From a virus, in the IMG/VR virus record IMGVR_UViG_3300033388_004609, positions 1 to 64,000 of that record: DNA of 64,000 nucleotides, one strand, 5' to 3'. The notes beneath the pieces are model-generated. The model saw only the letters and a list, made by a program, of their open reading frames with translations. It was not told where the DNA came from and did not search any database. Shown here piece after piece: positions 58,792 to 64,000 of the stretch; the first letter of the stretch is position 1, and each line of letters begins with the position of its first letter. The translations under genes were made by a program, and so were the position numbers.

Positions 58792-59007
58792 ATGAAAAAA
58801 ACGATTGTAAATTATGACAAAGAAGAAAGTATAATCATAGATTGTACAATGATTAATGAAAAAGAACATAAGCAAGCAAGAGAAGAAATTGAAAAACTTG
58901 GTTTTTCTTTTGAAACTATTGATTCAGATTCTTTCCGTGCTATTTATACAGGTAACGGATTACCAATGATATTAAAAAGATTAGAGAATATTGGATACAC
59001 TTTTTAA
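58792..59007 (+). CDS. hypothetical protein
   Basis: Co-oriented ORF. Confidence 0.5.
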   Translation: MKKTIVNYDKEESIIIDCTMINEKEHKQAREEIEKLGFSFETIDSDSFRAIYTGNGLPMILKRLENIGYTF

Positions 59008-59046
59008 ATAATCATTTTTTGTAGCTAGAAATCTAAAAATATTTTT

Positions 59047-59265
59047 ATGATAAAAGATGTAGTTTATACAGAAGAAACAACTTATACCGGTCGTAATGGA
59101 CAGGGTAAACAAATAGGATTAGCATTTACTCATAATGGTAGTTGCTTATTATTAGAACCTATTAACTCAAAAAATAAGATTGCTAAATGTCAAATGAATA
59201 TTCCTTATGAGGATATGACTGAAGTAATTGAAATGTTACAAGAAGCTTATTTAATTCAAAAATAA
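59047..59265 (+). CDS. hypothetical protein
   Basis: Co-oriented ORF. Confidence 0.55.
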   Translation: MIKDVVYTEETTYTGRNGQGKQIGLAFTHNGSCLLLEPINSKNKIAKCQMNIPYEDMTEVIEMLQEAYLIQK

Positions 59266-59275
59266 ATAAATTATT

Positions 59276-60178
59276 ATGGAAAACAGAAAATTAAATTTCA
59301 AAGACAACAAAGTAGAACATCTAACACTTGAAGAACTAAAAAGTACAGTAAGCGAAAAGAGAACAACTGGTTATCCTATACATGGAATACAACATTATGA
59401 ACTCCTTGATGCAATACAGAACAGATTGGATGTATCAGGACTTGAGTATAACCTAGCACCAATATCTGTAGTTAGTGGTGGAGAAAGAAAAAGTCCCGGT
59501 GTAACAGTGTTTGATGAACTGGTAGAGAAACATGGAGAAGGATCATTACAATCTCACTTACTCCGAAGGCTCATAACAATGTTTTTAATCACTTCTAACA
59601 ACACGGAAGAGTATAACTATGGATTAGCTGTAGCTTTCCATCAAAGTGGCATACAGGTCGCCTATGGACCTAATATACGTACTTGTGATAACATGTGTAT
59701 CCTTAATGCAGAATCAATGATGGCTACATATGGCCCAGGTAAAATGAAACATGAAAAAATGCTTGAAGTAGTTGGTGAATGGTTAACAAATTTTGAAATA
59801 CATAGAGAAAGGGATATTAAAATTCTTGAGAGAATGAAAGAAATCCAATGTACATATCGCGATGTTGCAGAATTAACTGGTCATTTAATGTTCATGAGAG
59901 TAGGATCAGCATCAAAAGAAATTGAATCAACAATCCATCAACCTCTTAACCAAGGTCAAATAACAGTATTCACAGAGAAATATTTGAAATATTATCAAGA
60001 AAAGAAAGCAATTTCCGATGAAGAAACAGAAATTACTTTATATGAATTGTTCAATCTTGCAACAGAAATGCACAAAGCCGGTAGAACAGATTTACCTTTA
60101 ATTATACAATCTAATTATGCTCTCGGTAAGTTTCTTATTGAAAAATACAGACTTGCCGAAAAACAAGTTACTGATTAG
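59276..60178 (+). CDS. DUF932-like protein
   Basis: QVAYG.N...C.N.C, LYELFN.ATE..K patterns. Confidence 0.6.
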   Translation: MENRKLNFKDNKVEHLTLEELKSTVSEKRTTGYPIHGIQHYELLDAIQNRLDVSGLEYNLAPISVVSGGERKSPGVTVFDELVEKHGEGSLQSHLLRRLITMFLITSNNTEEYNYGLAVAFHQSGIQVAYGPNIRTCDNMCILNAESMMATYGPGKMKHEKMLEVVGEWLTNFEIHRERDIKILERMKEIQCTYRDVAELTGHLMFMRVGSASKEIESTIHQPLNQGQITVFTEKYLKYYQEKKAISDEETEITLYELFNLATEMHKAGRTDLPLIIQSNYALGKFLIEKYRLAEKQVTD

Positions 60179-60200
60179 TTAGTTGTTTTTTTCAGTTTAT

Positions 60201-60235
60201 GAGGGGTTTCTTGAAAAGGAAACTCCTCTTTTTTT
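60201..60235 (+). terminator. intrinsic terminator
   Basis: GAGGGGTTTCTT/AGGAAACTCCTC followed by T7. Confidence 0.8.
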
Positions 60236-60254
60236 AACTAATAAACAAAATAAA

Positions 60255-60530
60255 ATGAATATATATAGAACATTAGACAAGAAAGAAACGAAAGAGTTTC
60301 AACAGTGGGCTAAGGAAAATTATGTACCAGGCACAACAATAAGTCCTGTATGGCACCCTGTTATTAAAGAAGAATGTAAAAAAATGAACACTAAAGAATA
60401 TCTTATAGATAAATATAAAGGAGAATTTGATGTAGAAATAATATTAGATTCAAATCCTGCATCACGTAACCAAGTAGAAAGCTTTGCTCAACAAGAAGTA
60501 GAGGAACAACCCGAAAAACAATTATTTTAA
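60255..60530 (+). CDS. hypothetical protein (start revised to 60255)
   Basis: EF.QWA..NY.PG..I...WHPV...EC motif. Confidence 0.6.
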   Translation: MNIYRTLDKKETKEFQQWAKENYVPGTTISPVWHPVIKEECKKMNTKEYLIDKYKGEFDVEIILDSNPASRNQVESFAQQEVEEQPEKQLF

Positions 60531-60532
60531 TT

Positions 60533-61396
60533 ATGGACAAATTTAACAGAACTTGGATTAAAGAAAATGCCTTAGAAGAAATACAACACTATGAAGCAGG
60601 TGTATTGACTTTAAGAGGACTGCATTACCGTCTTGTTGCCCGGGGAATGACTAATACATTACTTCATTACAAAAGGGTTGTTGCTGCTTTAATTGAAGCA
60701 AGGTGGGACAGAGAAGTATCGTTTGATACATTTTCGGATCACGATAGACAGATGTTGGGGGAAACAAGGCATGAAGAAGTTTTTTTAACTGCCGAGATCA
60801 GAAAAGCAAAAAGAGAAATAAAACTTTGGATGAATGTGTATAATAGAAATAGATGGGAACACCAAGAATATTATCCAGAAGTATTTATTGAGAAAAAAGC
60901 ATTGCAGGGAGTGTTTCAACCTATCTGTAGAAGGTATGGAGTATCACTTGGAGCATGCAAGGGATATCCTTCATTAACTTTTATTTATGATGCTTACATA
61001 AGGTTTCAAGAAGCTGAAAATACTCACAAACCACTAATCTTATATTTCGGTGATTATGATCCGTCCGGAGAAGATATTCCACGAAGTATTGAAGAAAACC
61101 TCTCAAGGATGGGAGTCGCTGTTGAAGTAAGAAGAATTGCACTGATGAAAAATCAAGTAGTTGAAATGAATTTACCTCCGGCACCTGTTAAAAGGGGAGA
61201 CTCACGTTCTGCAAAATGGAATGGATTAGGGCAGGTTGAGTTAGATGCAATAGAACCGAATACTTTACAAACCATGTGTAAAAATGCTATTGAATCTGTA
61301 TTTGATTATAATGTTTATAATAAATTGATTAAAAAACAAGAAGAAGAAACAGAAGTTTACAAATATGAATTAAAAGAATATATAAAGAGCTTGTAA
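60533..61396 (+). CDS. Topo VI-A/Spo11-like Toprim domain protein
   Basis: TLRGLHYRL (WHD Tyr), IEKKAL, KGYPS, LYFGDYDPSG, VELDA. Confidence 0.8.
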   Translation: MDKFNRTWIKENALEEIQHYEAGVLTLRGLHYRLVARGMTNTLLHYKRVVAALIEARWDREVSFDTFSDHDRQMLGETRHEEVFLTAEIRKAKREIKLWMNVYNRNRWEHQEYYPEVFIEKKALQGVFQPICRRYGVSLGACKGYPSLTFIYDAYIRFQEAENTHKPLILYFGDYDPSGEDIPRSIEENLSRMGVAVEVRRIALMKNQVVEMNLPPAPVKRGDSRSAKWNGLGQVELDAIEPNTLQTMCKNAIESVFDYNVYNKLIKKQEEETEVYKYELKEYIKSL

Positions 61397-61648
61397 TCAT
61401 ATAAATAACAACTAAAATGAAACTAAATTTTAATGAATGTAAAACAATGATGACTTTACATAACTTCGAAGGAAACATTGCTATGTGTGGTGGTAAGGTG
61501 ATTACTAAGGAACTTAACACTATTGAGAACACAGGATCTGTTACATTTGAAGTAGACAATGTAAAAGAATTCAAAGAAAAATTCAAATTAACAAATGCTT
61601 ATAAATTTTTAAGCCAAGAATTATGAAAATCTATAAGTTTTAAATGAT

Positions 61649-61945
61649 ATGGATATAGAAGAAAAAGCACTTGAATGTATTGCGGCAAAAATGTCAGCCG
61701 ATCATATACTATCACTTGATGGGGTCTATGATATTATAGAAATGTCATTGCATAATGAAATAATGGAATTACTAGAAGAATACAAAAATGCTCCAGATAA
61801 AGTAGACTATACTAAAGAAGTAAAGCACTCATTAGTACCCACTAAAATAAATAATGCAAAAATCGGAAATATAAAATATTCATGGAAATCCCCAACAAAA
61901 AAAGACAAATGGTGTGGATGGATTAAAACTGGATTCATAACATGA
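61649..61945 (+). CDS. hypothetical protein
   Basis: Co-oriented ORF. Confidence 0.5.
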   Translation: MDIEEKALECIAAKMSADHILSLDGVYDIIEMSLHNEIMELLEEYKNAPDKVDYTKEVKHSLVPTKINNAKIGNIKYSWKSPTKKDKWCGWIKTGFIT

Positions 61946-62444
61946 AATGTTTAAGTTTGTTCCCTTTCAGTAATATAATTATTGCTGAAAACATGGATGT
62001 ATATGAAGTATATGTAGAAAACAATCAAGTGTTTTTGCACTTTCCAGATGTTAATGAATCTTATGAAGAATATCTTGTAAGAAAATTACCGATGAAAGCA
62101 AATATTAATTGGGATAAAACCTATGGTGACGATGGAAATAATAATTGGTTTTGTGACTATTTACCATGGATTGATGGAGAGAATGGAAAATTAATTTGGA
62201 ATTATTAATTAATCTATATATATCATGAAAACATTTACAGTTTATGCAAACATTAAGATTAAACTAAAAGCCGAACACAGAAGCGAGGTTAGTAATATTC
62301 TTGAAAACATGGATTATTCATTTACAGACCCACGAATAGATATACCCACAGATGAAATAGAAATGGATACTGAAATTTGGTTATGGATTGATGAAAACGG
62401 AGAACCTTATTAAAAGTATTTAAACCACTTAATACTTACATATT

Positions 62445-62633
62445 ATGGAACATCTTTGTATTTGTAATAATTGCGGAAACATACTGTTTGATGAAAACCC
62501 ACAAGTAGGTGCAAAATTACACCCAATAAAAGGAAACGAACTTCATATGAAGCAAATAAAGGACGAAGTGACTGGAGAATATTTCTGGGCTTGTCCTATA
62601 TGTGAAACAGATAATTTTTTAATGGATATTTAA
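62445..62633 (+). CDS. small zinc-finger protein
   Basis: CNNC...CPICETD. Confidence 0.55.
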   Translation: MEHLCICNNCGNILFDENPQVGAKLHPIKGNELHMKQIKDEVTGEYFWACPICETDNFLMDI

Positions 62634-62971
62634 TAAAAAAATGCAAATAAAATATATGAAAAAGTAATTTTATTTATAAACTTTAATATTTAATATATTA
62701 TGAAAGAAAAAATATTTAAACAATTAGATGAAATAGATCAAACTATTTCTGAATTAAAACATTTAATAAATCAATCAAATTTTCGTATTCCAACAATTTA
62801 TTTAACAATTTATAAAGGAGTTATTGTCGAAGTACATGCAACCGAAAAAATTCTATTATCTATCCAGAATAGAGACAACTTGGAAAAAGTTGATAAAGAT
62901 GATGTTACTGTTTGGGAACATATGATTGAGCAAGGTCTTAATTCAGGTGAACTTGTAAAAATTGATACACC

Positions 62972-63460
62972 ATGAATAAAAAGGAAATGCTTAAACAAGC
63001 TAGAGATTGTTCCGTCATGTCTGTAGCTGATGTAGAATTACAGTATACGAAACGAGAAGTTACAACGAAGTTGTTAAAAATTAGCAATTCACAAAACGTT
63101 CATAAATTCTTTATGGATAATTATTATAATTCATCTTCTATGTTAGTAAAAGAGTTCTTTTTTATAATACTTTTGAATAGAAGTAATAAAGTAGTTTCGG
63201 TGAATAAAATATCAGAAGGTGGTATCAATGGTACCGTAGTGGATATAAGACTTATTGTTTCAGCAGCGTTAATAAATTTATCTTCCAGTGTGATTGCAGT
63301 ACATAACCATCCGTCAGGTAATAAGCATCCAAGTAAAAGTGACAAAGTAATAACGGATAAAATAAATAAAGCTCTTACATTAATAGATGTTAAATTATTA
63401 GATCATTTAATTGTAACAGAAGATTCTTACTATTCTATGGCAGACGAAGGAGACATTTAA
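62972..63460 (+). CDS. RadC-like JAB domain protein
   Basis: E.F....LNR.N, GGI..TVVD, HNHPSG..PS..D, LLDHLI. Confidence 0.9.
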   Translation: MNKKEMLKQARDCSVMSVADVELQYTKREVTTKLLKISNSQNVHKFFMDNYYNSSSMLVKEFFFIILLNRSNKVVSVNKISEGGINGTVVDIRLIVSAALINLSSSVIAVHNHPSGNKHPSKSDKVITDKINKALTLIDVKLLDHLIVTEDSYYSMADEGDI

Positions 63461-63471
63461 AATAAATTATT

Positions 63472-63654
63472 ATGATAAACAATTATATACCAGAAGATCT
63501 TCTATGTGTAAAATGTAATGAACAACTAGAAGAAACAGATGAAGGAGAATTTCACAATATGACATGGAGTACATATGTATGCCCAAAATGCGGAGAAATA
63601 TATTCTGATGAACCAGATTATGATGTAATAACAGGTGGAATAGATGATTATTAA
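63472..63654 (+). CDS. small zinc-ribbon protein
   Basis: CVKC...CPKCG. Confidence 0.55.
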   Translation: MINNYIPEDLLCVKCNEQLEETDEGEFHNMTWSTYVCPKCGEIYSDEPDYDVITGGIDDY

Positions 63655-63671
63655 TTAAAAACTTAAATAAA

Positions 63672-63989
63672 ATGAAAATCAAGTTTAAACAGTGGGAATG
63701 TAATGTATTTCCTACTTATTATAGTACTGGTTCTAAAATAAAAAGAAAAGCAATCGTATTAAAAGACGACGAAGGTGTTGTAACTACTGCAACAGTTAAT
63801 ATGCCTGGATATCCATGTGATGATGATCAAATATATGTAAAAAACTATTCAGAAAATGAAGGTATGTTGCAAGCTCTTATTGATCATGAGTTAGTATTAG
63901 TAGAACCGGTTAATGAATTAAAAGCTGGTTTTGTAACAATACCATTGATGACACTTACAACTAAAGCAATGAAATTATGGCAAGATTAA
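63672..63989 (+). CDS. hypothetical phage protein
   Basis: ATVN, KNYSENEGM..AL, SGFV-like motifs. Confidence 0.6.
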   Translation: MKIKFKQWECNVFPTYYSTGSKIKRKAIVLKDDEGVVTTATVNMPGYPCDDDQIYVKNYSENEGMLQALIDHELVLVEPVNELKAGFVTIPLMTLTTKAMKLWQD

Positions 63990-64000
63990 CTAAATTTGAA

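Noticed and set aside
60533-61396. Wadjet (JetABCD) defence system formed with the SMC-like ATPase
   Set aside because: No JetA/JetB, the genes are not adjacent, and the ATPase is much smaller than JetC and lies in a phage recombination module.
1-64000. Stop-codon reassignment (TAG or TGA), known in some crAss-like phages
   Set aside because: Long genes are intact under code 11, TAG and TGA both end genes (including the tmRNA tag), and no suppressor tRNA is present.

Overview
This window is part of a low-GC, crAss-like (Crassvirales-type) podovirus genome. The host is probably a Bacteroidota species, based on TTTG-N19/20-TAnnTTTG promoters, Q-rule signal peptides, a DUF3127 SSB and a tmRNA tag starting with G. 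The left arm (minus strand, 1-42.1 kb) carries lysis genes, fibre/spike proteins, a collagen-like fibre beside a triple-domain glycosyltransferase, ring proteins, major capsid, portal, intein-containing terminase, IHF, GroES, a six-gene glycan synthesis/modification cluster and many small genes. The switch region (42.1-44.2 kb) holds six tRNAs, a G4-prone C-rich tract and a family of 29-bp palindromes. The right arm (plus strand) carries a tmRNA, DnaB, an SMC-like ATPase, a Cas4-like nuclease, DUF932, a Toprim protein, RadC and small early genes. The most striking observation is that the tRNA array (Pro, His, Arg, Leu, Leu, Gln) lies behind an apparently complete ribosome-dependent attenuator. 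Its unannotated 26-aa leader peptide is packed with codons for exactly those amino acids, and all five CNN-decoding tRNAs carry A37 instead of TrmD-dependent G37. All calls come from manual motif reading; no database searches or folding programs were run.
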